The notes beneath the pieces were generated by a model. The model was not told the DNA's origin. It saw nothing but the letters and a program-made list of their open reading frames with translations, and ran no database searches. A DNA stretch of 63,306 nucleotides, the filler included, from Octopus bimaculoides (lineage: Eukaryota): NCBI RefSeq assembly GCF_001194135.2. It is 9 parts of 8 records of this genome, joined end to end, with 100 filler letters (N's around TTAATTAATTAA, not from the genome) between each part and the next. Parts side by side here need not be neighbours in the genome. Positions count along the whole stretch, not along the records: positions 1 to 14,082 come from NC_068986.1; 8 more parts are not named here. The stretch is one strand, 5' to 3'. Each line of letters begins with the position of its first letter. Within the stretch, counting starts at the first letter, position 1. Positions 1-13,375 of the stretch are shown one piece after another. Made by a program: the position numbers and the translations under genes.

Positions 1-940
1 GAGCTCACCACTGCAGTTCATTTACACTAAAGTGCATCACGGCGATGACCCCCTCATCAGGATAAACATGAAACATGCACAGATCAAAATTTTTTATGAA
101 AAGTTTATACTTTTTATGAAAAGCTTATATAATTTAAGAAGAACCCATCAGTGGACCAGTCCAAATTTTATATAGAAAAAAAAAGAGACTATTGCTAAAC
201 ACTCAGGTGGCTGTAGTTAACAGAAATTTAACCTCGCCGGTTTCAAATCCCCTAACGCTAAACAATTTTATTACATCTATTTTTATTTCTATATACTTTC
301 AAAAAGGTGGACGAATACCTATGGTTGCAAAAAGGAATCACCTCAGTAAATCTATTTAAAGTTTTTAGTCCAAAAGACTTATGGATTGCAAGGGATTCCT
401 TTACACATAACTTACACTTATTAATATTTAATCTGAAGTAAGAGGGTCTCGAAATAACGGACCATTCCAGAGAATAACTCTTATTATTCCTCTTTAGATC
501 ATGTAAATAAGATGCGAGTGTGGTAGAGCTACAGTATTTACCATTTGAGAACAGGCTCATGTGGGCCCTATATCTAGCCTTAAAATTTACTGTACTACCT
601 GTATAAAACTTATTTAAATTATCCTCATCCTTAACAATGCATTTATATATTACATTAGTAATTAGATAGAACTCGTCAAGGGACCATAATCCAGGGTTTC
701 TACAATTACATGATTTCCCAGGGCCATCCCTAACATTATTTCTACTACTAACAGTACTTGTCAGGTTTCCCATATTCACTCCTTCACATCTCTCATTACT
801 GGGGTTCAATACACCAGGTGGGAGCAAAATGTTGGCATCACTAACCTTAGGCGTATCTTCATCTCATTTATATTTGAGCACTTCTTTTGCAGTCCTATAA
901 ACCCTTTTGTTTCTATAATAAGAGACAAATATTATTTCTT
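1..940 (-). mobile_element. Penelope-like retroelement, 5'-truncated 3' end (GIY-YIG endonuclease plus pseudo-LTR running off the window edge)
   Basis: Endonuclease ORF at 258-827; 5' truncation abuts (TA)n at about 945-963; downstream minus-strand CTGATGA hammerhead core at 54-60. Confidence 0.8.
258..827 (-). CDS. GIY-YIG endonuclease domain of a C-terminal-EN Penelope-like element (partial ORF, TE-derived)
   Basis: Translation shows SCNCR...NVIYKCIV...FYTGST.NFKARYRAH...TTLASYLHDLK...LEWSVI...CKLCVKE...LNR..E....CNH, the layout of PLE GIY-YIG domains with Cys/His zinc ligands. Confidence 0.85.
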   Translation of the reverse strand: MLPPGVLNPSNERCEGVNMGNLTSTVSSRNNVRDGPGKSCNCRNPGLWSLDEFYLITNVIYKCIVKDEDNLNKFYTGSTVNFKARYRAHMSLFSNGKYCSSTTLASYLHDLKRNNKSYSLEWSVISRPSYFRLNINKCKLCVKESLAIHKSFGLKTLNRFTEVIPFCNHRYSSTFLKVYRNKNRCNKIV

Positions 941-2040
941 GTTGTATATATATATATATATATAAAGATTTTATCAAGTAGCCAACATATATATTTTATT
1001 CAATATTTTATATGTATATGTATACAAAGTTATATTCAACAGTTTGAGTGCATTTGGACATGAGAAGAGAGTTTCTGCTGCAGATCTAGTCTTGGGAGAA
1101 AATTCTTTTCCTAGACATGTGTGAAAACACATTTTGAACTGTGAATGACATCACTGGATTATAGGATGTGTCTGTTTCAGCAGCTTTTTTCTTTATCAGC
1201 AAAACAACCAAATCTGTCACTCACTCAGTATGAACAGTGTGATGGCAAAGTAATAAAGATGGGTAATGTTAAGAGAGGGCAAGTGATGAAAAGCAATAGT
1301 GATGAACTGTAATAGGTGAACACAAGGTGTCAATGAAGAATTATATCAGGGGAGAAAGAATGATGGTTAGCAGTAACAAAAGCTGATAGCAGGGGATACT
1401 GAAAATGGACTGGTCAGAATGTAGTCATGGAAGTGAGGTAGAATGATAGAAGAGTAATAATGAAATATAGGTGGAGTGATAAAAAGGACTTGTAGGAGGG
1501 ACTGAAAAGAAACCAATCAAATCTAAAATGATAATCCTATGTACAGAAGTACACTGTTATGTTAACCTTATGAAAAGAGGAGGAAATATAAATTTTAATT
1601 AGAAGTTCTTGGCAATTCAATGTTGTAGCTCCCCAACTTGGTACTTGTATGAATGGATAATGGAAAAATTTATACTCCCAGATGAAAAGTGCATATAAAC
1701 TAGCCATATGTAGCAGCTAAATTCAAATAGGATTAGCAAGAAACTGTCTACAAGGTCCAGTGTTCATTCCTATAAGCCTATTATTTTCATTATTATTGAG
1801 ACCATCTTAAAAGAGTTCACAACTAGATACCAACAGAAAATTCTGAACATCAATGCCATAGTTCATATTTGACTATCTGTTATAGAATTGCAGAAGTTTG
1901 GATGTTAAAAGAGAAGATTTAACAGAGAATATGTAGAATATGTGTGAAGGTAGTAGGAAAACAACTTCATATTGTATAGCTAATGCAAACAATGGTGCAC
2001 ACTAGGCACTGTGGAATCACTAATTGACTGACAGTTTTAA

Positions 2041-2237
2041 CCCTTTACATTTAAACTGGCCTTATCCGGCCAAAATATTCCACCTGTTTTACGTTCAGAC
2101 TGGCCAGATCTGAACTCTCACAATATCATTCTAAAAATTAACAAAAATTTCAAAGCTATAAGATAATCTATGACGAATCCAAAACAATGTGAATAAATAA
2201 GCATTATTTTTGAGAGAATTATGTGAATGCTAAAGGG
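2041..2237. mobile_element. piggyBac-type MITE (about 197 bp)
   Basis: TTAA at 2037-2040 and 2238-2241 flanking terminal inverted repeats CCCTTTACATT ... AATGCTAAAGGG. Confidence 0.75.
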
Positions 2238-2949
2238 TTAAATGACTTAATGATATCATATTGGCTAACAATATAAGCAACTATGGCATCAAGAATATAG
2301 GGTAGCTGAACTAGCAGTGACTGGGATTAGAGAAAAGTTAAAAGTGGAAAAACAAAAAGCCTATATATGGCCACTTGCCTACAAGAAATAACAACCAAAA
2401 CTTTTCCAAATCACAGTTTACTGTTTAAAAAGAGGACACACCAAATAATGTGCTTCTGGATAGCTCAAAAATAGATGTACTGATCCTAACAGGTTTGCTC
2501 AATCAGGGTTGACCTAGAACTAAACAACAAAGTTTAGGCAAGTACGAGGATGTATGGTAATAAACATAGGTGCAAATGTTAAAATGGACAAAAATGATTT
2601 GAATCCTTCCTGATGGACTCATAAGGATACATATATATAGTACAGTGAACTCGCCATGCAGAATGGAATATTCAAAGTTTCAGACAGAGTCCTTCATCAG
2701 GGAAAAGTTGACAGGATAGAATTTAATGAGAGACAGCTGAGTTTTACATCTTCTAAGTTAAAAAATTGACTGCAACTGATACAAGACCATATGAGCTTCA
2801 CACATGAACAGGAAGTGGTAAGAGAGAGAAACAGGGTGGGAGAAGTAGAAGACAAGAAAAATGGAATGAGGAGGAGAAGCTAGCAAAATTCAAAGTTAGG
2901 TGAAGGGAAAAGATGAGGTGAGAGGGGAATTGAAGAATAAGAAAGAGTT

Positions 2950-3800
2950 TAATGGACTAAAAGAAAGTGCGGGTAAAATGTTCATTTAAACCGGGTGCTT
3001 CTCTGGTTCCTTGAAAATGTGAATCCATGAGGTGCAGTGATGCCACCCACTGAAAAGTGAGCAATAGAATGGCCTCTAGTATTGAAGTGGGCAGCGACAG
3101 GTTGGCCTGGCATACATAGTAGGATGCTTTGAATGCAATTGGCAAGGTGTTGGTCTGTTACTCCAACAGAACGGGGGCTGCAAAGTTTGCATATGCTATG
3201 ATATAATTGGACAATGTGTGATAGAAGTTCTGAGTAATATGATATTATGACTAAGGCCCAGTGATGATTGTAGTGTTGTTAATATAGGGGCAGGTGTTAC
3301 ATCACTGGTTAGTGCGTTTAAAAGTGCCCAGTTGTGTGGGCCTGGTAAGACAGGAGCAATTGCAGGGTCAGAAAGTAGATTTTACCAAATACTATAATAA
3401 TACAAGTCATACTGATGCAAACTCCCTTTGCATCTGTTTGAATCACACACAGACACACAGAGGAAAATATTGAATAAATGATGCAATGTTGTGAGTTGCT
3501 AGAAGAAATAGTAAGATCTGAGAATGTTGGGCTTTACAAAAGAGTTGCTGCAGAAGTAAGATGAACAAAATAGTTGCATAGCTAACTTATAAAATCCATA
3601 TGTATCAAATTTACATTTAAGTCCATGGATGAGGAAGAGGGATAGGAGGGATAGTAGGAAAAAGGATAGAGGGAGAGGAGTGGAAAAAAGAAGAGGTGGG
3701 ACATTGCTGGTCTTCCTAAATTAAGGGCCAGTGCAGTTAATTGCTGCAGATTATCTTGTCTGTGAAGAAAACATGAAGTAACAAGGAAACCTCTACACAA
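2950..3800 (-). mobile_element. Highly decayed CR1/L2-group LINE RT C-terminal fragment
   Basis: Minus-strand frameshifted remnants loosely fit the post-YADD thumb region; many stops; no intact motif. Confidence 0.4.
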
Positions 3801-3880
3801 TCACTTGACTAGCTGGGAATAAGAGTAAAATTTCCCTCAAGTCATACACCTGCCATTACTGGACCATGTAGTTACCAATG

Positions 3881-3915
<35 letters not shown>

Positions 3916-6329
3916 CTGTGTGTACACAAGTTTTTTTGTGTGTGTGTACTTGTGTGTACACACACACGCACATACAAAAAACAGGATGGCCAAGGCTGGA
4001 ATACTTTTAATAGTAGGCCTGCTCAATGAGAGCTGAAATGCAGCTGACCAACAACAACAGCATGAGCATTAAGTGGGGATAAAGGTGTGGGCAAAGCATT
4101 GGATACAGGGTTCTATGAGAGTGAGTTGGAGAGGCGGATAAATGAAGTAAACTAAGATAGAAGTAATACTATTCAGCTTGTTAGTGCAGGTGTAAAGTAT
4201 TGTATAAACGACATACCCACTACAGACATCCAAATCCCACACAGTTTAGATATGTTGTTACTTAACACACTGCTGAAATATTAACAATAACTGTCCAAGA
4301 AGCAAATATCATAAGCTGGAAAATATTTTAATCAGATCTACAAAGTAATAATTAACTGTATCAATTTCAATAAAAATCAACAACAGGTAAAGTGTTATAG
4401 AAACATTCTTAATTAATCTTGCCAGATTAACAGCTAGAACTTAAAATCCCAAGAAAAGTTGGGCAATTAACTTAGCACTACTAAAAAGCATGTTATTCTA
4501 AATATGATAATTAATGAGAATAATTTGATTAAAATACAAGTTCTGAATGTGATACTTAAGAACGATTTCATCAGATTATACTTCTTATGTCAGCCAAGGC
4601 TTTAATTGTTAATCCATTTAAGATCTGTATATTAAGTACCAGTTACGTACAAAGTGAGATTCACTAAAATAAAAATATTGTAATTTGCTTTCAACCATGA
4701 GGCCATTGATCAAGGTTTTTATAGCCAGAAACCCTTCTTGTTGCTCACTCTAACTTGTTTACAAGCAAAATATTTCTCCTATGGTTGGACATGTTTTTAT
4801 GAAGTATGATAGTGAGTGACTTCATGCTAATCAGTTGAGTAGCTTTTCTCTGAATGAGATCTAGGATGACTCTATCTATGTAGCAGTAGCACTATCCCAG
4901 ATATGGGAATAGAACTACATTCTGAGTATCTCACCTGAGTTTTATAGAAAGTTGGTAGTTGTTGAAGGCTGAAACATTTTCAAGCTCTGTAAAAAAAGGT
5001 TGCTACTTCTAGAATGTCAGTTGACCATGTACAAACTTCATCAATAAAACACTGAAATGGAACGATACTGAATCCTCTAAAACATTCATTTTGTTTATAG
5101 CAATAAGAACTGCAATTATATTATGTTAATGTTTGTAAAAATAAAAAATTAAAAAATTAAAATTAAGGGGAAAAAACAACTTTGCATCAAAAGTACCACA
5201 CTATTATATATAACAGAAACTCAGCTCTCTGGACGATTTTCTATCAACATTTATAATAAACATATATACTACATATACTAAATATAGCATCATCATCATT
5301 TCACATGTAATTTTCTAAGATTGCATGGGTCAGATAAGAGTTGGCACAGTTTTCTATAACTGGAAGCCCTTCCTGACACAGAACCCCACACCTGTTTTCA
5401 AGTAATAATCTCCCCAGTCAATGGAACAACAAATAGCCTGGACATGGTTATGCAGAGAACGGGAACCAAGTAACACTGTTTGTATAAGCCCTTTGTTTAT
5501 AAAGATTATGCAATATATCAAGGCATGTCAAGAAGCCCGGACATGCTTGTGTGGTGGTGCAGTTTACATGAACACAGCACATATACATAAAGATAAAGGG
5601 AAATACGAACTTGCTCACATAAACATGCACATACACACACATTTATATATAAATCTCTGTTGATTCTCCAGAAGCAATAAATTACAGGACTCAATACAAT
5701 TGTAGAGTATTCTTTACTATTATTATAACTGAAAGACTCCAACTTCCAGTTACTCATTTCCATTCATCAGCTGGGAAACCAAGCCTGCTTTTTTTTTTTT
5801 TTTTTTTTTTAAATGTTCACTGTTCGAATACTTTTTGAAATATAAAATAAAAGTTTAAAGATTATGTTATTTTGTTTAAAAACCTTTGTGAATAACACAT
5901 ACAAAATCAGCCATTTCAGCTCACATTTTTGATTTCATTTCTGGTTCTCGTGATAATATTATAAATGTCTTAAATTTCATATGAGTGAAGTCACTCTAAT
6001 AACTTTACTTATGAATTTGCATTTTAATGTTTTAAAGTAATGTTTTAAAGTAATACTTTTAATTAATGTTTTTAAAAATAATGAATGTGTATGTACATAT
6101 TCATTTTGCATGTGGCCATGCAGATGCATACATATACACAGAATTATATATGCATGTATGCATATACACCCACACATATCAATAAAACATTAATAAAACA
6201 TTTCAAAATGAGACCTATAAATCCAGTAAACTTTGAGAGTAACCCTAAGAGCTGATTGATTAACTCAACAAAGCTTGATTAACCCAACAAAGCCAGAGTT
6301 AGGTGCAATGAACAAAAAATATTAGAAAC

Positions 6330-7200
6330 GGTCATTTTCAGAGTAAATCATTAAGATTATAGCGTAACACTTTTGAAGTACAATCACTGATATTAGTAAG
6401 TCAGACATTGATGCAATTACACTCTCAAGAAAATCACCCCTGTTTTTTGATAACACATGAATTAAGAAAAGCAGGAATGGAATGTCAATGGGAGCATACC
6501 ATGGTGCCCAGGTGAGAGAAATTATAAAGCTATATACTTTAAATTTAGTGAGAAAAAATTTTCCTGAAATGGACTGAAATACACAAGAAAGACTGGGAAC
6601 ACAACACAAGAATAGGAATAAGAAAAGGAACATTTTATGGTACAACCCAGTATTTAACCTAGCAGTAAAAACTAATATAACTAGAGAATTTCTTAATTTA
6701 ATAGTTCACCATTTTCCATCAGGGTATAAGTATAGTGTTAAGGTTAGTTAATCAGCTTCTAAGAATTTTGAGTGTTACATCAGAGATTATAATGCTGTGA
6801 AGCTGAATAGAAGAGAGAAGCAAACAAAAATCCTGCATATGTAGGATACATGAGAGCTGCCCACTAAAGAGCAACTGTCTAATAAAGTTAATAGTATACA
6901 GTGCCAAAGTTGAATCAAACAGCAAAGATGGACTTAAACATATATTGGGACAATGGAAGTCACATTTTAAAACTATTATAACAAGAACATTCATGTCATC
7001 CCCCTTAGAAAATGCACTACAACTTTGTCGAAGTTCTATGGTTCTTGTATGAGATAAGTCCTCACAAATTCAAAATTACCTGGTCAATTATAGATAGTGT
7101 GCAACTATACAGGAACGGGAGCTTCAAATCAAAGATGCAGAATGACCTTTGAGTGAAAGATTGTGAATTTTGACTCATGGAAGTAGCAGTTTGAGCAAAA
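6330..7200 (+). mobile_element. Decayed, internally deleted Penelope-like element (RT fragment, linker, GIY-YIG fragment)
   Basis: Frameshifted translation gives SRKSPLFF...IKK...MSMGAYHGAQVREIIKLY (RT), KRNILWYNPVFNLAVKTNITREFLNLIVHHFP (linker), SCICRIHESCPLKSNCL..IVYSAKV and FKITWSIID (EN). Confidence 0.8.
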
Positions 7201-7430
7201 GAACTGTTAATGCCTCCTTGAATTTCAGTCTGGTTTAAGAAAATTGTTGGTTTTGAAATGTTATATATATGTACTCCAACCCTGTAAAACCCTCACCAGC
7301 AACAACTACCCAAACAGACCCATGGGTTGGAGGGTAGTTGCCTGAGTGGTACAAATGTGTCATCCACCTGGAGTAAGGAACCACCAACAAATAGTGGATG
7401 CAATGATGCAGTTATAGTGTACCCCTCATT

Positions 7431-7463
<33 letters not shown>

Positions 7464-7794
7464 TATGTGTTTGCATGGGTGCATGCAAAATAACATGCAC
7501 ATACGCATTCATTAAAAAAAAAAAATATTATTAATTAAAAGTATTACTCCAAAACATGCAATTTTATGAGTAAAGTTATTTGAGTAATTTTATTCATATG
7601 AAGTTTAAGATGTTTATAATATTACTATGAGAACCAGAAATTAAAAAATGTGAACATGAAGCAGCTAATTTTTCATGCATTGGTCATGAAAGTTTTTAAA
7701 TAAAAGAACATAAAAATAAACATTCACTTTAAACTTTTATTTTACATTTCAAAAATATTCAATGTATAGACACACACACATACACACAAACAAT

Positions 7795-8307
7795 CTGAAG
7801 GTCCTTTGCTCTGTGATCTATGAGGAAACTAGGAGTAGACAAATAGCTTGTGAATGCCATAAAAGCCATGTATAGGATCTGCCAGTTGGATGAGGGTTAG
7901 CAATCAGTACAACAACAAATTAGGGCACAAGTAGGAGTTCATTAAGGCTTAGTTCTCAACCACCTCCTATTTATCGTAGTCCATCAGGCCATAACAGAGG
8001 AATTTAAGACCAGTTGCCTTTGGAAACTATTATATGCTAATGACCTTGTTCTTATAGTGGAATCAACAGTACAATTAGAAAAGAAATTTCAGGTGTGGAA
8101 GCAAAACCTAGAATCAAAGTCAACTTAGCATCATCTTTGTCTTACTCACCCTTATATAATGTAGGATAGCCATGTATCTCCTCTATTGCAAGACACCTGT
8201 AGCTTTCCCTCTATCATAGTTTAGTCTCTCAACACGTGGCATAAACTTACCTTCCCCTCTACTACAAATCCACTTCCAAGACTCACACACACACACACAC
8301 ACACATG

Positions 8308-8346
<39 letters not shown>

Positions 8347-8584
8347 GGCATTAACACCTCTCCAGTTTTGGTACCACAATAAAACACACCTCTACACTCT
8401 GTAAAATGGTTGGTGTTAGAAAGGGTTCACCCATAGAAACCAAGCCAAAAATGAATCATACAAGCAAATTGTAGTCTTCTGATACTTATAAGTCTGAATA
8501 AACACTGACTTGAACTGTGACAATCTTGGTAACCTATATCAACAAGGAAAGTGAATGTAAAATGATGATGGTGATGATGATGCA
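7795..8584 (+). mobile_element. RTE-clade LINE fragment: RT core plus decayed 3' tail ending in (GAT)n
   Basis: RKLGVD...VGVH*G.VL..LLFIVV..AITEEFKTSCLWKLLYANDLVLIVES (QG and YADD motifs mutated); tail ends aaatgatgatggtgatgatgatg like the RTE tail at 25140-25258. Confidence 0.75.
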
Positions 8585-9968
8585 TGAAGTGGACAACTTA
8601 TCCTCTTTTACAGCCATTCTCCATAGTCTGCAAGACAGACGGTTTTCCATAGATATGTAGACTTACTTGATCAAGGACTAAACAACAGCAACTCACAATA
8701 GCTAAGTCCACCCCAGATGTAAGTAGGCACCATAGAGTAGCTCCAATCATTGCTTTAACCTTTACCTGCACTGTAAAAATTGATAAGGGATTTGTTTGCA
8801 GTGCTGAATCTGAGTTTCATTCCTCTTGAAGAAAAATTTATCTGACAGACTGGCATCCTTTATGCATGGAGATGTCTCTTATATGTTTAACATGATAGAA
8901 AATCAGAAATAAGTAGCATTAGCACTGTAGAGGGCATGGATCAAAGAGGAGTGAAACTAATTGCTCTGAAAATATCATATCTACTTTTTGTTTTAAGATA
9001 CAAAATATGTTACAGAGCAGTAATTGTGAACCTTTTCAGCCCATTATGTCAAAATTTGTATTTCTTTAATTAGTGTGTCACTTAGATGTATTTCAATTTT
9101 AGGTAAATGCTTTTAGATGAGCTTTTATAACAAAATTTTGTTGGGAAAATCTTAAAAGTCGATTGTGTATCTCCTTAAAACTCAGTGTGTCATAGGTTCA
9201 TGATCACTGTTATAGAGGCTACTGTGTTATTGAGGATATTATAATGTCAGTGATAATACATGAGATGACAATTGAGATATCACACTATATACTATATTAC
9301 TGAAGACAGATAACAGATGCTATTGGGAATAGTACATGTTATTGGTAATAAAGGACACCACATTATGTCACAAAGAATTTTAAAAATGTATCATTAGGGA
9401 TTGCACATTGTCATTAATTTATAATGCGCATTGCTTTGCCTTAGGCCCTCAATCCTTGATGGAGTTGTAAGAGGTGGTTTGAGACGCTTTTAGATTTGGT
9501 GGATCCCATCTTTCTCAAATTTGACCAGATGTAATTTCTTGCAAAAAGAGAGACACACAGGTAGAAAGACAGAAAGAAAGAAGAATCAACCTGTGTCAGA
9601 CTGATACTTTGTAAAGCAATCTATTTGATGCTCTAAGGACTTGATCAAATCCCTGCTCATAAAACACATTATAAAATGTTAAGAATTAGAAATAATACAC
9701 ACATTAGTGACAGAAAAATATTTCAGAAACATCTGATTTTTAAAGAATACTTTATATGAGGCATTTAGTAACAACTTAAATACCAAGAAAATGCAAAGTT
9801 TCACAACTTTCAGAATGTGATATCTCAGCAAGCAAGGAAGTTAGGAAACTGGTTTGGGTCTTAAAATTATTGTGAAGACCTTCTCTAATCATTCCACCTA
9901 CGCAAAATTATTTATTTATATATGCATCAGAAATATGAAACAATGATTGTGTCTTTTGCATTTTGTAG

Positions 9969-10067
9969 AATATATTGGTACTATGAAACGGTTTACCACA
10001 TTGCATATTTTAGAAAAAACATAGAGACCCCACCCCAAAGGTATTGCTTGTGTTTTAATATATCAAG
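9969..10067 (+). CDS. Possible 99-nt internal coding exon (unverified)
   Basis: cttttgcattttgtag acceptor ending 9968, AAG|GTAAGT donor at 10068, length a multiple of 3, one open frame (IYWYYETVYHIAYFRKNIETPPQRYCLCFNIS). No partner exons identified. Confidence 0.2.
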
Positions 10068-12109
10068 GTAAGTATCTTTAAGAGGGAAGTAAGACAAGAT
10101 AGTAAGATAATAGCCCATTATCGTTATGATGGTAACAAGGAATATTAGAAAATGAGCCAAAACACCTCAAAAAATGATACAGGGACCACACCAAAGTTAT
10201 TGATTGAATGTGTGTGTGCTTACGATGGTGTGTTACTAAACTCTCTGGTCTGAGTTTGGGTGAGCAAGCATTGTGTCAATAGCGTCAAGGTACAATGTTT
10301 TTCAGCTGGATTTTCGACCTTACTGCAAGCTCTACCGGTTCTTACTCCCAATTTTTTTTTGGATTCTAGATGTCGAAACAAAGAAAATGATATACTAACC
10401 TCAAAAATGGCCAGGGTGGCACTTATGACACTCTGTTGCTAAACACCTCATATATAACAGAGAGTTACAATTAGTGAAGTCAATAGAATATATTAGAATG
10501 CCAACCAAAAAATAAAATGGTTTGAAACCAATCAAGTGACTTATGCTGTGACAATAGACTATCTACTATGTTGCATCCATAGATAGTCCACTGGATTGTT
10601 ACTATGGATAATTGCATGTGCTGTGTCTATGGATAGCTCACTGTGGTTTGTTCAGAAGCAGTTTAATATGCTGTGTACATAGACAGCTCTCTTAGTACTC
10701 TCTAATTTCTGACATTCTTGTCAATATTTAACCCATTATACCACAAAGAAACAGCATATAGCCATGTAGAAAATACATCATAAATGACACAGTTCTTTAG
10801 TTTGTTGCAGTCTTCATGTCCAAAACTATACCAGAACATTGCCTTCAGCTTTGATCTTCTTTCTAGAATAGTGGTGCTTCATACATACATATTTTGGTAT
10901 GTCATCATCATTCATACGCCTGCTTTTCCATACTGGCATGAGTTAGATGGGATATTTTATGACCAGATGCTTTTTCTGATGCCAACCATTTCATCTGCCT
11001 CTCATGACAAAAGGATACGGTGAAGCCATTCTAAAAACTGAGATAATTTTTTCGAAATGACCATACTAAAAGTTAGTGTATTGGTAATTTTGTAATGGTT
11101 GCCTGACTAATATGTAAACTTTTACCAAAGTACCAATACAGCATGGGTTACAAATAAATATATAAACTTATATCCTTATGTACTGAGTCAAAATTAGGCT
11201 CACAAGAGCATTTTCAGTTGCAAAGGTTGAAGATTGAATCAATCTGTTTTATTTTATTTTATCATTTCACAAGACAGAGCTTCAGCATGGCTACAGTCCA
11301 ATGATTGAAACAAGTGAAAGAGTAAAAAAATCATCAGTTGCTTACTTATTCTCTTGCAAAATTGTTGATGATAGTAATGGAAGGCTAATTATATAAATGT
11401 AAACAACTGTGAGGCTGTCACAGCTCAAGTAAATTAGCTGACTTGGTGTGAATTAGAACACCCTTTTTTTATAGTTTCAAGGTGTTTCCTTTGGTTGTGT
11501 TGTGTTCAGCCTGATGAAATTCTGTTACACAGTGCTTTTTGTTTGTTCAAAATGATGTTGAACTTAAAGCTACAAAAATATTCACATGGACACTATGTTT
11601 TGGTTAGCTTGATCATAGATTGTCATCAAATGTCTTATTCATGAATATACACATACTAAAGGAATGTCTATAAATAAGAAACTGTTATAATAAAGGTACC
11701 TAGTTTGAATACAATCCACTATGTAATAGTTTGAATACAATCCACTATGTAACCATCCAGTAAGACACACACATGTATGTGTGTATGTATGTGTTTAGTA
11801 GTCATTATTACTCTACAACCAAAAACCACCAACTGATTCTAGTTGTAGAGATAATTATTACTATTAATAACACTTGAATTAAAACAAATAGTAATGCAAA
11901 TCGAACTGGGCTTCAAGGTTCAATATTAATAGCCTTTCCTTTTTTCACTCCTTTCATGATTGTAAATATAACCTGAAACCAATTTACAACTAAATTGATT
12001 CTTTAACAAGTACCACTATAAATTATACTCTAAAGACACAAAGTACAAGTCTTGATTAAAATGTTAATTACATTTCAATTTTATTAAGAGGTCATCATTA
12101 TTGACTTAG

Positions 12110-12314
12110 AGTTCAAGTTCACTGGATTGGTAGATTTGTTAGAGCAGTGAACACAATGCCTTACAATATTTCCAATTCTTTACATTCAGAGTTCAATTCC
12201 AGGTTTAACTTTGTCTTGTATGTATGAATGAATGTGTGCATATGTATCTGCATGATTGGGTATACAGGTGTATGTCTATCTATATGAAAGAGTGCATGTG
12301 TATATGCATGCCTT

Positions 12315-12367
<53 letters not shown>

Positions 12368-12585
12368 CCCAGGCTTATTCCCCGTTTTTTTTTTAGGAGG
12401 GAGTAGCCACAACAAGACACACACATCAGGCATTCCATTCATTTCCCAATATATATATTGTGTCATCCCATAAATAATGCAGTTTCTTCAATTGTATGAA
12501 CTAAAAGTAGGAGGGGACCATAAACACACCAACATTGATTCTCAAGTGATGGTGGGGGGGACAAACACAGACACACAAGCATATG

Positions 12586-12627
<42 letters not shown>

Positions 12628-13375
12628 GCTACCAAATCCACTCACAAGGCTTTAGTCGGCCCGAGGCTATAGTAGAAGACACTTGCCCAGTGGGACTGAA
12701 CCCGGAACCATGTGATTGGTAAGCAAGCTACTTACCACAGCCACTCCTGTGCCTTGCCACTTACCACAACAAAAACATATATGTATGCTCATGTTTTGAT
12801 TTCTATTCTCCTATTAGCATCTCATCGGGGGGTCAATAAAATAAAGCAATAGCCAAGATTGTATTGACTAACCTCTGTCCTTCAAAATCGCTGACCTTGT
12901 GCCTATACAAGAATTAATTATTGTAGGATTGAGTGAATCAGCAGAATCATGAGAGTGCTGAACAAAATGCCTTGCAGTATTTAGTCACAACCTGTAACAT
13001 TCTGAGTTCAAATCCAGTCAAGGTCAACTTTACCTTTTGTTCTACTGTGTTTGATGAAATAAAGCACCAGTCAAGTAGTGGGGTCAATTTAATCCCCTAA
13101 ACCCTTCTCTCAAAACTGTCAGGCATCTGCCAATATTAGAAGCAATTATAGCAGGATTGAGTAGATAGCAAGGGATTGCAGGATCATTACAGTGCTGGAA
13201 AAATTGTTTTGCAGTATTTGTTCCAACTCTTTATGTTGAGTTCAAATCCAGCCTAAATAAACTTTGCCTTCCATTCTTTTGGAGTCAATAAAATAAAATA
13301 CAAGCCAAGAACTGCAGTTGATATAACTGACTAAATTCTCCACACAAATTACTGGTCAACATTCACAACTATCAC
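12110..13375 (+). mobile_element. Cluster of about four old, CpG-eroded copies of SINE family B, interrupted by a family A SINE
   Basis: Repeated gagttcaaatcc(a)g.c.aggtcaacttt(g/a)cctt...gataaaataa motif matching the younger family B copies after CpG>TpG/CpA changes. Confidence 0.6.
12511..12752 (-). mobile_element. SINE family A copy (partial) with internal (TA)n
   Basis: Reverse complement of the ggcgcaggagtggctgtgtggtaag head and the gtgagtggatttggtag segment. Confidence 0.85.

Noticed and set aside
1040-1520. Possible CR1/L2 fragment on the minus strand
   Set aside because: Too decayed to read any diagnostic motif.
6322-6645. Hydrophobic 107-aa minus-strand ORF resembling a membrane protein
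   Set aside because: It is the antisense of a decayed Penelope RT fragment.
11701-11752. Exact 26-bp tandem duplication (and a 21-bp one near 59905-59946)
   Set aside because: Ordinary slippage duplications with no further structure.
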